Below are positions 34,428-46,859 of a stretch of 64,000 nt of DNA, one piece after another (the first letter of the stretch is position 1; each line of letters opens with the position of its first letter). Origin of the DNA: Azolla caroliniana. Taxonomy: Eukaryota > Plantae > Polypodiophyta. The translations under genes were made by a program, and so were the position numbers. The DNA lies in contig JBHGNT010000002.1 of the NCBI GenBank assembly GCA_043228905.1, positions 26,412,001-26,476,000 on the forward strand. The letters are read 5' to 3'. The notes beneath the pieces were generated by a model, which had not been told where the DNA came from, did not search any database, and was given only the letters and a program-made list of their open reading frames with translations.

Positions 34428-37400
34428 ATGTACTTTTCCTATGACAGCCACAATAGCTTCTTCGACCGGTCCCGGATGATGTGCATCCCCAATATCTATT
34501 TTGCCGGACCCAAGTCTTTCATTGAGAAGGTCCGGTTTAGGGCCTTCTTCAGCATCCGTATTTTGACTTGATCTCGTCCGACGACCATCATATCATCCAC
34601 ATACAGGAGGAGTATTAGGAAATCTCCTCCACCAAATTTCTTCACAAACACGCAGTGATCAGCCTGTGTCTTGTGGTACCCTTGGTCCGTCATGAAGGAG
34701 TCAAACTTCTGGTACCATTGTCGGGGAGCTTGTTTCAGTCCGTATAAGCTCTTCTTCAGCCGGCATACCAGGTGCTCCTTCCCTTTCTTCACGAATCCTT
34801 TTGGTTGCTGCATGTAGATCTCCTCTTCGAGGTCACCATGGAGGAATGTTGTCTTGACGTCCAGTTGCTCTAACTCGAGGTCCATTCTTGCTGCTATGCT
34901 CAACACCGTCCAGATGGAAGTCATCTTTACTACCGGGGCAAAGATCTCGTTGAAATCCACTCCTTTATTCTCCTGGAATCCCTTCACCACGATTCAGGCC
35001 TTATACCTTGGTGGATTCCCGGCGTCTCCCGGTTTCAGCTTGTACACCCACTTGTTCCGGAGTGCTCTCTTCCCTTTCGGCAACTCTGTCAGTTCATATG
35101 TGTGGTTCTCATACATGGAATCCATCTCATCCTGCATGGCACTCAACCACTTGCGGCTGTGGGTGTCTCTCTTTGCTTCTTCGAAGCTTTCCGGCTCCCC
35201 CTCATTGGTTAACAACACATGCTCTACATCCGGAAATCTCCGGGGGGCTCTTCTCTCTCGGAGAGGATATCTTCATCCTTGGCTTCTAACTACCAGTTCC
35301 TCCGTTTGTTCCGAATCCGAATCCGATTCCGGATCTTGTCTAGTTCCGGTGTCTTCTTCTTCTTCTTCTTTGATTGGTTCGGTTTCCTGTCCATATCCAG
35401 CCGGTTCGTCGAGTGTCATCCAGCTACCGGCCAACATCCGGTTTTCAACCGGGTAGGTCCTTGTGTCCTTAAACTGGTTTTCATTGGATGATCCAGAGTT
35501 GATCATCTTCTTCTCCGACTCCTAGTCGGCAATGGTCCTGTCTTCCATGAAGACCATGTCCCGACTCTGGAACACCTTCTTCTCGACTAGATCCCACACT
35601 CGACAATCGAACTCATCATCGCCGTATCCAAGGAATATGCATGGCCTGGACTTTGGATCCAGCTTTGCTCTCTTGTCCTTCGCCACATGCACGTATGCGA
35701 GACACCCGAATACCTTCAGATGCCAGTAAGAGACATCTTTACCGGTCCATACTTTCTGAGGTGTGTCTCCGTCCAAGGGTACTGAGGGTGATCTGTTTAT
35801 CACATAGGTCGCCGTCGACAGCGCCTCAGCCCAAAACGTCTTGGGTAACTTGGCATGTGAGAGCATGCTCCAGACTCTCTCCATTATGGTTCGGTTCATC
35901 CTTTCGGCCAACCCGTTCAATTCCGGCGTCTTCGGCATGGTAAATTCGAGTCGTATTCCCTTTGACCGGCAGTACTCCTCGAACTGCCCTCGGTATTCTC
36001 CTCCGTTATCTGCTTGAACCGCCTTCAGCTTCCAGCCGGTTTCTCTTTCCACTCTCGCGTGGAGCTCCTTGAAGACGGATAACACCTGATTCTTCGTCTT
36101 CAATGGTGAGAACCACATCTTCCGGCTGTGGTCATCTATGAAGGTCATGAAGTACTGTGATCTGGTATGTGACTTCGTGTCCACTTGACACACATCGGTA
36201 TGCACCACCTCCAGTGGTGCATCCCGTCTCATCGGTGGTCTTGACCGAAAGGAGGTTCGGTTTTTCTTGCCAACCAAGCAATCGGTGCACTTCTCAAGTT
36301 GCACGTCCTTCACCGAAATGAGGTTGTCTTCGGCAAGCTTCTTCATCCCCTTCTTACTCATGTGACACAGTCTTTTGTGCCACAACTCACCGGTAGTGTC
36401 GGAAGCAATGTTCACTTCTTCTTCCCGGCATAATCGGGCGTTCATAAGGTACAATGTGTTGACTTTTTGGGCCCGAGCCACTATTAGGCTCCCCTTGTTG
36501 AACTTCATGACTCCGTTCCGGATGCTACCCGTGTAGCCTTCATCATCTAGCCGACCGATTGATATTAGGTTCAGTCGAAACTCTGGAACGTGTCGGACAT
36601 CCTTCAACAACAATTAGCATCTGGTTGCTGTCATCAACCACACGTCTCCTATGGCGACAATTCGACATGTTCCTTCAATCCCCATCCGGACACAACCGTG
36701 CTTACCGGCTGTGTAGGATGAGAAGCATTTCCGGTCCGGGGTAAGGTGGAACGACGCTTCGGAATCGATAACCCACGTTGTCTCGTCGCCGGCAAGGTTC
36801 AACTCACTCTCCTCGATGATGAGCATTAGTTATTCTTCACTTGCCGCGATCGCCGTCGTTCCCTTCCGGTCCGGGCCTTGCCGATCCGAACTGTTTCGGT
36901 CCAGTGACTTCTTCGAATCGGTACTGTCGGTTCCCTTGTCTTTTCGGAAATGCCGACAGTTCTTCTGGAAGTGCCCCGGCTTGCCGCAATAGAAGCAAGT
37001 GGGCCTCCCCCTTGACTTTGACCGTGTCCTAGACTTTTCCTGGTTTTGGGGACTCTGATTCCTTTGTCTTCCACGTTTCGATTCGGTAAGGAGGGTTTTG
37101 GCATAAGAGATCACCTCCTTGTCTTTCCGATGCGCCTCCTCATCTAGCAAGCTCGACTTGACTCTTGCTAGGGATAGCTATTTTCCTTCTGGCCCAGCGT
37201 TGCCTAACATGACAACTAACGTCTCTCAGTTATCCGGGAGGGAACTGAGCAAGAGTAGAGCAAGTACCTCATCGGCGAGAAGTACTTCCAACGAGGTTGC
37301 TTGATGTATCAACCCCTAGAAGGCATTCATGTGCTCCGCCATACTAGAGCCGTCCTGGTACCAAGGCCTCACTAGCTTCCAGAATACCGAAACTTGATTA

Positions 37401-38195
37401 ACGACATTCTTGTTCTGGAACATGATGTCGATCTTCTCCTAGAGTTCATGAACCTTTCTCTCTTCATTGAAGTTGTTGGACAGGCTCATGTCAATGAAGC
37501 ACCGAATGTATGTCGTCGTCTTCATGTGCATCACCTCCCACACTGTGGCGTCGATCTTATTGGGTCTCTTGTCCCCAAACTGAACCGGCAACCAAAGATC
37601 TTTGACCACCAACATATCCCTCATCTTCAACTTCCACACTGAGTAGTTGGAGCTGGTGAGCTTGAACATGCCGCCGAACGATTCTTCCATTTTCCGTGTT
37701 GTTCGCTCTAATACCAGTTTGTTGCGAAATAGCGCGGAATATAGCTCGTCCACAACCGAGTCTTGAACACTTTGATGGAGAACACAAAAATGGGAACTAA
37801 AGAGTGAACACAAGATTTTTACGCGGAAAACCCTAATAGGGAAAAACCACGGGAGCCCACAGACAATCAGAGAATCGTAGGCAACGACCTCGAGCTCTGT
37901 ATCTTCGTCAGGCGGCGGTTACAACAGAGTATCGCTCTATATCTCACTCTCCCTCTCTGTCGCTCTCATCTGTACAATAGTTACAACAACAAAAAATAAC
38001 CACACAATAAGTGTTTGCCCTAGGTCATATTTATACTAATATGCCTTTAAGACTATTTACAAATATGTCTTCTACATCCGGTTATCACTGGGTCTTGTAC
38101 ATCCGGTTCTCACCGGGTCCTCATCATCCGGTTCTCAAGATCCCATCCGAAGGGACCGAAATCCCAACATCTCTCTCTTTCTCTCTCTGTGTATG

Positions 38196-38399
38196 TTTTA
38201 TCGTAAATACCTTACCCTAGTGGTGAGTTGTTAGACTACAAGCACTATGTCTTAGGTTTGAAACCCAATTATCTCACCTCTTTATTACATACTTCATACA
38301 TATCTCTTTTAATTCACTAGATGCCACTATGGAATGTAGGGGTTGAATCCATGACCTCCTGGTTTCCATTGGGTAACCTTTCCAACTAAGCTACATCCA
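38196..38399. repeat. Tandem unit, copy 2, with two convergent tRNA-like modules
   Basis: Aligns with 28715-28918. The two copies were adjacent, separated by a CT/CA microsatellite, before Copia I inserted. Confidence 0.7.
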
Positions 38400-40491
38400 G
38401 CAAGGGTCTCTCTCTCTCTCTCTCTTCTTGATAACTGGAATTACTAAATATTGTGAGCTTGTCCTTGTGCTATGTATAACACTTGTACTAGATGGTAGTA
38501 CATGTAATACGAGGAGACCGTCTACATGTTGACTTGAGATTGGCCAACACTTTAGTAACTCTCCCATTCACAATTTAGGACAATGTCCCTCTGTGCATGA
38601 AGAGTGAAAGTGACAATCGAAAAATACTTCCAATTTATTTGGAACTATCCATTATAAAAGTTTCCAATAAACACTAGGAATGTTTACTATGAAATTGGAG
38701 ACAAAGAGAAATATGTGGAATCTTTGTCTGAAACTCTATAATTCTATTGACAACAATGGATATATAGATTTTGATAAAGATGCAAATAACTCAAAAGGGG
38801 GATCTTAGACATCAGAAGGAAGAAATGTTATGAACCCTCAAAATGTTAAATGAATGCTAGAGTTGAGAACATCATGAACCTTAAGCAACTTGATTCAACT
38901 CAAAATGGAATGATACGTCTTGAGGGAACAAATTGGCTTTGTCCGAATGAATTCACTTCACATGTTGAAGATGAAACGAAAGGTCAAGGTTAGAGAGAAT
39001 AATATAGTCGGCAAGGTGGGAGCATGTAGTATAACAAAGTGATAACTTGGCAGCCATGACAAATATCCCTCGAGAAAATATGAGTAGAGCTAATTGGGGG
39101 AGGAAATGAAAGGTTCTAAATGGAATAGGTGGTATTGAAGTACGAACTAGAAAGTATGGCGAACAACCAAACTTTGGACTTAGTGGACAAACCAAACAAA
39201 AAGCATAAAGATGAAATACTTTAAACTCTTCATGTTATTCAATCTATGCTTGTTGTATAAAGAATATGGAATCACAAGGATTTGTGTAATCCGTGCAAAC
39301 TTCTTCTTTTGATCAATTAACATATAACGAGGTGGTAATCCACCAACAAGAAAATTAACATGTTATAATTATTGATTGTGTATAAAAATCGGTTTGATTA
39401 GAAACAAATCATCAATGGATAACAAATTAAATATTTCAAGCTTTTTTGCTTTTCAATCTACTCAATGATCAACATTTGAATGTTGCGTCCCACTAGTATG
39501 TAGAACAATGTTGTCTTACTCTAAGCCAAGTAACATCATTTATGGTAATAATATTCTTGTCAAATAAGGCCTTTGCATCAAAATATATGTGTGTTTTTCC
39601 ATCTTCACAAAAGATTATTCCAATTGGACACCGGGTAATGTTAGATTTTTTCAAAGCTTAAACCATTCATTTGGATCTCTTCAAGAAGTACCGTAATAAT
39701 AGATGGGTTTGAAGCTGCCTTTCTCCCTTTCTTATTAAGTATCTACTATCACTACATCACATGCATAAAAAAAAGTATGAAATGGGCCATTCTAGTGAGG
39801 TGCTTGAATATTATGGGTGAGACTAGCAATATATTCCTTAAGATTTTGAATGTGGATAGTTGAGCACCTCCCTGAACATAAGGGATAGCCTACTTAATGA
39901 AGTGAGATAAGGGTGTCACACTTCACCTTCTTACCATGCCATTTTAATAATGTAAAACACTAAGTAATTTATTCAGGTCTTTAGGATGTTCAACTTCGTG
40001 ATACTTATAAGTTATAAGTTATAACATTGTCTTCGTCCATAAACACACCATAAACTAATACAAAGCCTTGAATATCTAGAATTCTTCTCCTTTTCCTTTT
40101 CCAAAGAAATCATCTATGAAAATCATCGTAAAGGACATTGGATAAGACTCAAACATTTTCATGGCACCTTATGAATATGAATTTTAGTAGTTTTAAGCAC
40201 AAGATTGATTATTGTATGCATAAAAGTAACCCATTCAGGATAAAATATATTATTTGTGATACTATTGATATATTTTGCTATGCTTCTGGAAATATTATTA
40301 ATTGGAATAAGTCGGTAGGGTTATGAGATTGTGGTGTTCACAGGAAGGGTTTCGATGGATTCTACATGGTAAACCTATAAGATACTTGAGATGTCAGGTA
40401 CGTATTAATCTTTCGCCGAAAGATAATGTAGCTCATTTGTAGCTTACTATAAGGAAGAAATTGTTATATTGGAATACTGCTAAAATATTCT

Positions 40492-40577
40492 TGAAAAAGA
40501 TTATGTGCGGAAGCAATAGAAAACCAAACACAGAAAATATGTAGGTTTAATGGAGAGCTTGAATATACACAGTACGT

Positions 40578-40623
<46 letters not shown>

Positions 40624-43600
40624 ACAGAAACTCAATTCAAAATAATACTCAATTTGTACATACATCGTGCTACCTGACAATCGGGCTGACACAAGTACTG
40701 ATAGTACTTGACCGCTCATAAATGAGCCTACTACACTAACTCCCAAAATTATTCCTTACGAGGAATATCTTCCCAATGGCTTTTCGGTTTACGCACCGAT
40801 ACGACCAAGTTATGTGTACCGATTTACGCACCCAGTCTATGCACTAGGTTACGCATCGTATTACGCACGAATGTTGAGCTTGTCTCTCAACACTCCCGCT
40901 CAAGCTCAACTTGAGGTTCCACTTCCTCCGCCGGATCTACGCTCCGATTCCGTTTGGCTTCATGCCTTGCTCGCACTCTTCGACCTGTTCGATTCCGTGC
41001 GCCTCGACCCTTTCGGTCGGCTTGTCTGCTTACACGGCCTTTCTCAGCTTCCTTGCTGTCGCGGTGTTGGCGCCTCTTCTGTTGCCTTCTCTTCCGCTTG
41101 GCCCTTGGTTGATTCAACATATCCGAATCAAACATCCGAATCGACTCGGCTTCCTCCAATCGGTTTTCCGAGTTGGCTGTCTCCAACTCGTCTTCGGTCT
41201 TCTCGTCCTTGATGGATTTGTCTCCCCCACGCTTGGTTGGCTTCGGCTCTTTCTTTCGACTGCTCCCCTTATGTCTGCTTTCGGACTCTTCCGCAGATCC
41301 GCCCTCGGCTTCTTTAGTCGATCCGAGATCGAATTCGTCATCCGACTCGACGTCACGGTCTTTTCCGCTCCTTTCCTACTCCCTTCCGTGGTCATCATGG
41401 ATGTCTCTCCTCCTCAAGTTCGGCACGTCGAGGTGACGCAACCCAAGCGCACTTGAGAATTGCCGCAACTTGTCCAAACCAAGGGGCTTGGTGAAGATGT
41501 TGGCATTTTGCCAATCCATCGGAACATACTGAAGTTCGACTTCACCGGAGAGGACACGCTAACGGACGAAATGGTAGTGCACCTCAATGTGCTTAGTCCA
41601 GGCGTGGAAGACGGGGTTCTTAGCTAGTTGGATGTTGTTGAGGTTGTCGCAGTAGATTGTCGTTGGATCGGATACCTCCACCTGCAGATCCTTAAGTAGC
41701 CGCTTCAACCATATGGCTTCGCATGTCGTGACAGCCGCTCCTCTATACTCGGCTTCGGTGCTCGATAGCACAACTATCGGCTGTTTCTTGCTACTCCATG
41801 CAATCACGACACTCCCAAGAGAGAACGCGCAACCGGACGTGGATCGGCGATCGCCGGCATTTTCGGCCCAATAAGCATCGGTGTAACTGACCAACTGCGC
41901 GGCAGTATCGGTTCGATATAGTAGCCCCCGGTCCTTAGTGCCATTGACATACGGGAGTACGCATTGTGCGCATTATAGGTGCTCTTCGGTCGGTCGCACC
42001 ATGAACTGACTAATCACCTCGACCGGATAGCTGAGATCTGGTCAAGTGATGGTCAAGTATATAAGGCTTTCGACTATTTGTCGGAACCTCGTCAAGTCAC
42101 ATACCTTTTCGGAATTGGGGCGAAGCTTGACAGTTCTATCTAGAGGAGTCGAGACGGACTTACAGTCGGCCATCCCAAATTTGAAAAGCATACTCAACAT
42201 GTAATGCCGTTGGCTGATTAGTATGCCTTCGGGGGTGCGGATCACTTCGATTCCGAGGAAGTAATGAAGGTCCCCTAGATCCTTCATGTCGAATGATGCC
42301 GCAAGCTGGAGCTTCACGCGGTCAATCTCACCTAGGTCGGCGCCGGTGATGACCAAGTCATCAACATACAGTAAAATGCTAACCGGCCCGAGTCAACCTT
42401 TCTGGATGAACAGTGAGGAGTCAGATTTTGACGTCGAAAAGCCCAACCGATGCAAATGTTGCATGATCTTCGCGTTCCAGGCACTCGGGGCTTGCTTTAG
42501 TCCGTAAAGGGACTTCTTCAATCGGCACACCGCCGAAGTGTTCATCCGGAGTGAAATCCGAGGGTTGTACCATGTACACCTGTTCCTCAAGCTCACGTTG
42601 TAGGAATGCATTCTTTACATCCATCTAGTGTAAGTGCCACCCCTTTGCTGCAGCTACCGCGAGCAAAACACGAACGGTCGTCATCTTCGCGACCGACGCA
42701 AACGTCTCATCGTAGTCGATGTCGTGTTTCTGCGCGTAGCCTTTTGCTACTAATCGGGCCTTGTATTGGTTGACCGAGCCGTCAGTGTTGTACTTGACCT
42801 TGTACACCTACCTACATCCGATCGGCTTCACACCTTTCGATGTGTCAACCGGGTCCCAGGTTTCATTCTCCACTATTGTGCGCATCTCTTCCTCCATTGC
42901 GGCGCACCAATTTGCGTCCTTCGCCGCTTCTGCGTAGCTCTCCGGCTCACGCACTTCTGCTACAAGGGTCATGCACGCATAGTGATGCGCCATGTACTCA
43001 TTGTATCCGAACCGCACAACAGGGTTCTTCTGGCGGGTAGATCGGCGTAATTGCTCATTAGCCGAGGTTGAGGCTTTCTTAGTCGACGCTGTTGTGAAGA
43101 AAACCGTCCCTTAGCGCAATCGGTGCATAGCGCGCGTGAACCGGCTCTTCGCGCGTGCGCGCCCTTAATGTATATAATAGGGGATTAGGTACATAGGTAT
43201 ATCCTGGGTAGTTAGATTCGGTAGGTAGGAAGTAAATGAGGAAGATGGCTTCCTTCTGGACGCTATAAAGTAGAGGGAGACACAGGGGAGAAGAAAAAAA
43301 AATTGCGCATTGAGGAGGACGAAGTGCTGTCGAATCGTAACCAAACGCTTCTCCTCTGTTCATTCTCCATCGCTCTTCTCTGCAGGATTTCGGGAAGCTC
43401 GCGCTGCTTCGAGGAACGCCCGTGTGCTTCCGGCAACACCTCCATCCTATCCCCTTTCGTGCGCAGACGAACAGGCATCGACATCTGTTCGCCGGCCTGG
43501 TCGGTTGTAACCGCTCGTGTGCTCTGTTGTTTTGTGTCATTTGTTAATATACAAACATTCGTGTCTCTCCATCTCTGTGTCCATTCGTGTTTTCTGCGTT

Positions 43601-46499
43601 GACGGGCCGTGTCCCTGTGTTTCTTTGCTCGTACGTTACTGGTTGTCTTTCTCTTTCTCTTTCCCCCTCCTATCACCTGCTTCGGTTCAAGACCCTGGTG
43701 GTCCCGCCTCGTTTCTCCACGCACGCGCGTAACAACACGACAACGCGGACTTTGCTCTCGAAGACCCGTCATCACTTCCCTCGGAGTCGGACTTGTGTTG
43801 ATCCGACTCGTTCCTATCCGTGTCGTAATCCGACACCTTTTTCTTCCCTTTTTCTTTCCGTGTAAGCCGTCTCCTCGGCTTCCTGCGCGGGGAATGCACG
43901 ACCGAGTCTCCACTACTCGCTGGCTCTTCATTGAACTAGTCAAACCGACTCAGTCATCCATCCGGTCTGCTTAACCGAAACAAAATCGGACTCTCTTCGC
44001 GGGTCCCGATTTTAGGCTCATCCGGAGGCATCTCGGCCTCGCTGACCTCATCGTCAGAATTCGGTTTAGAGATGAGGTCCAGAGTCGGAGGCAAGTACCA
44101 GGACGCGGACTCGTCAAACACAACGTCGCGGCCCACACACGCTTGTTTGGTGCGAGGGTTATAACACTTATAACCCTCCTGCTCGTCCGAATAGCCGACC
44201 AAGATACACTTCTCGACTTTCGCGTCCAACTTCCTCCGTTTCTCTTTCGGTACATGCACATACGCAATGCTACCGAAGACTCTCAAGTGTCGTTGGTTCG
44301 GCTTCCTTCCAAAATATTGCTCATGCGCCGACACTTTTTCTCCGATCCGATTCTAGATGTATACCACAGTTCGTACCACCTCGGCCCAATAGAACTTGGG
44401 CAAGCTCTTCTCCTCCAACATTGTCCGTGCCGCTTCTACAATTGACCAGTTCTTCCTCTCGGCCACGCCGTTTTGCTCCAGCGTGTATCTATAATTGAAT
44501 TCACGCCGAATTCCCATCTGTTGCAGATAGTCGTTGAATTGACCGGAAAAGTACTCTTTTCTGCCATCCGAGCACAAGCACTTGATCTTTCGTCCTGTTT
44601 CTGTTTCCACGAACCCTTTGAGGTCCCGGAAACAGTCGAAGACTTCAATCTTCCTCTCAATTAAGTAGATCCACGTGTGCCGCGTATAGTCGTTGATGAA
44701 GGAGACAAAGTATCGACTCCCGCCAAGACTAACGTTCTGTGTTGGCCCCCATACATCAGAATGTATCAAGTCGAGCTTGTTTCGGCTCCGGTTATGCTCG
44801 TTAGGGAAAGGAAGTTGGTGTTGCTTCCCTAGCTGGCAGGCTTCATAAATTTGCGCCTTCCAACGACTAAATTTGGACAATCCGAACACCACATGTTTCG
44901 ATTATAGGTCTTGAAGTCGTTGATAGTTGACGTGGCCTATCCGTTTGTGCCATAAGTCGATATCGGACTCGACTTTTTGTCCTTTCGCGAACATTGCGGT
45001 GCCACCGTTACTAGAGTTAAGGATAAACATCCTCCCATCTCTACGCCCTTGCGCAATAACTCGGCCTTCTTCCTCGATGAAGCACCCGAGATGCGTGATC
45101 CGGACTTGCATCCCCTAGTCAATGATCTGCCCGACCGACACCAGATTCTTTGTGATTGTCGGGACGTGTAACACGTTCATCAGTTTCCCTTTCTGCCCGA
45201 CATGGCTCAGGGGAACTTCACCGACATTCACGATCGGATGCGGAGTGTCATCTCCAGTTGCGACTACTCCCGGTTGCATTAGTTTCTCAAGGTATGAGAA
45301 CCACTCCTTCTTGCACGTCATGTGGTTTGATGCGCCGGAGTCGACGTACCACACCTCATCCGATCGAGTTTGCTTCGTGTCTCGTCACGAAGACTAACCC
45401 TTTTCCGGATGCTTCGGCGTAGTGCGATTGCTTCCGATTTCCTTTGTCAGTCTGTCTGGTATGTCGGTTCTCTCCGAATCGGCGTGCTTTTTCCAACACT
45501 TGCTCTCCCTATGGCCTTTTTTTGCCACAGTACCAGCATTCTGCAACAAATTTCCCTTGTCGGTTCTCGTCACCTCAACTCCCCCATGTTTCCGGAGGGT
45601 CCGGAATTGCTATTAGCATCACTTTGATGCCTTCTTCCTTGATCACGTCAGCCGCCTCCATTGCGCACAGACTCGCCTTGTCTACCATGACCACGGGGCC
45701 TATCTCCCTCCATGTACAACATCTTGTTGTCGGCATGCGTGCTTATCAACGCACCCACGTGGTTATCCTCTATAAGGAGCATCGACTGTAAGTCGAAAAA
45801 CAACGACGTATTCTCCCGTGTACACACAGCAATTCGGAACGCTCCGAACATCGACGTCAATCCCCCGAGACAGATTTGCACCATCTTGCCTTCCTCGACG
45901 TTCACATCGATAGAGGCTAAGGAGTCGCATATGTCTTTGATCTTCGAGGTGTATTCAGCCACCACAAGTCGCGTTGTCGTAAATTGCTCAGCTCCTATGG
46001 GAGTTGAAGCTTCCTAGCTGTGGTGCTTGCGGCAAAAGTCTTCTTCAGATTTCCCCAAGCATCCTTTGGCGTTTTCGCATCCCGAATATAGCTCACGAGC
46101 TGTTCGCCCACACAAGACACGAAGCAATACAGTACTATGCTTGCCGACCGTTCACACGCCGGGAAATCTCTGTGTGTCGATTCGGGTGCTGTGTCATTTG
46201 CTCCGTTGACATAACTCCAATAATCGTGCACGGGCAGGTATTGGTGCATCTTGTAGGACCAAGATGCGTAGTTGTTTCTGTCGAGCTTCTCGGTAGGAAG
46301 CAAGCTCGCCATGCCTCTATCCATTTTGTTTTTCCTATTCTTCTTGGTTAGTTTTATTTTCAAGCTATGTCGGCTGCAGAGGTTCTCAACCCTCGCGCTC
46401 TGATACAATGAAAAAGGTTATGTGCAGAAGCAATAAAAAACCAAACACAGAAAGTACGCAAGTTTAATGGAGAGCTTGAATATACACAGTACGCGGGAC

Positions 46500-46568
<69 letters not shown>

Positions 46569-46859
46569 ACAGAAACTCAATTCAAAATAATACTCAATCT
46601 GTACATACACCATGCTTAGTGAGCACCTTTTATACAAGCCCTCACAATAGGGCTGACACAAGTACTGTCAGTACTTGACCGCTCATAAATGAGCCTACTA
46701 CACTAACGCCCAAAATTATTCCTTACGAGGAATATCTTCCCAACAGCCTTTCAGTTTACGCACTAATATGGGCAAGTTATGCGTACCAATTTACGCACCC
46801 AGTCTGCGCACTGGGTTATGCATCGTATTACGCACGAATGTTGAGGTTGTCTCTCAACA
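40492..46859 (-). mobile_element. Ty1/Copia LTR retrotransposon J (related to A, degenerate), containing solo LTR G
   Basis: LTRs 40492-40892 and 46409-46859 with (GA)n, TSD ATTCT/ATTCA, Met PBS 46397-46408 (1 mismatch), PPT 40893-40905. Gag EKLDRNNYASW, PR DSGASNHM, IN, RT YVDD, RH. Confidence 0.93.
43090..43742 (+). mobile_element. Solo LTR G (653 bp) in the IN-RT linker of J
   Basis: Termini TGTTGTGAAGAAAACC...AACAACACGACA, perfect 4-bp TSD ACGC, TATAAA near 43264. The U5 end is near-identical in motif to the D LTR. Confidence 0.88.

Larger units (their letters stand above)
28953..38169 (-). mobile_element. Ty1/Copia LTR retrotransposon I (Tnt1/Tork-like, degenerate), containing element D
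   Basis: LTRs 28953-29414 and 37720-38169, TSD TCTCT, Met PBS 37705-37716 (1 mismatch), PPT 29415-29428. Gag MEESFGGMFKLTSSNYSVWK, knuckle CFYCGKPGH, IN 35522-36613, RT YVDD, RH 29425-29877. Confidence 0.95.

Noticed and set aside
38430-40460. AT-rich unassigned region, possibly an old transposon or viral remnant
   Set aside because: No convincing ORF, termini or motif. The same applies to 51540-52360, 55220-55710 and 59430-61260.
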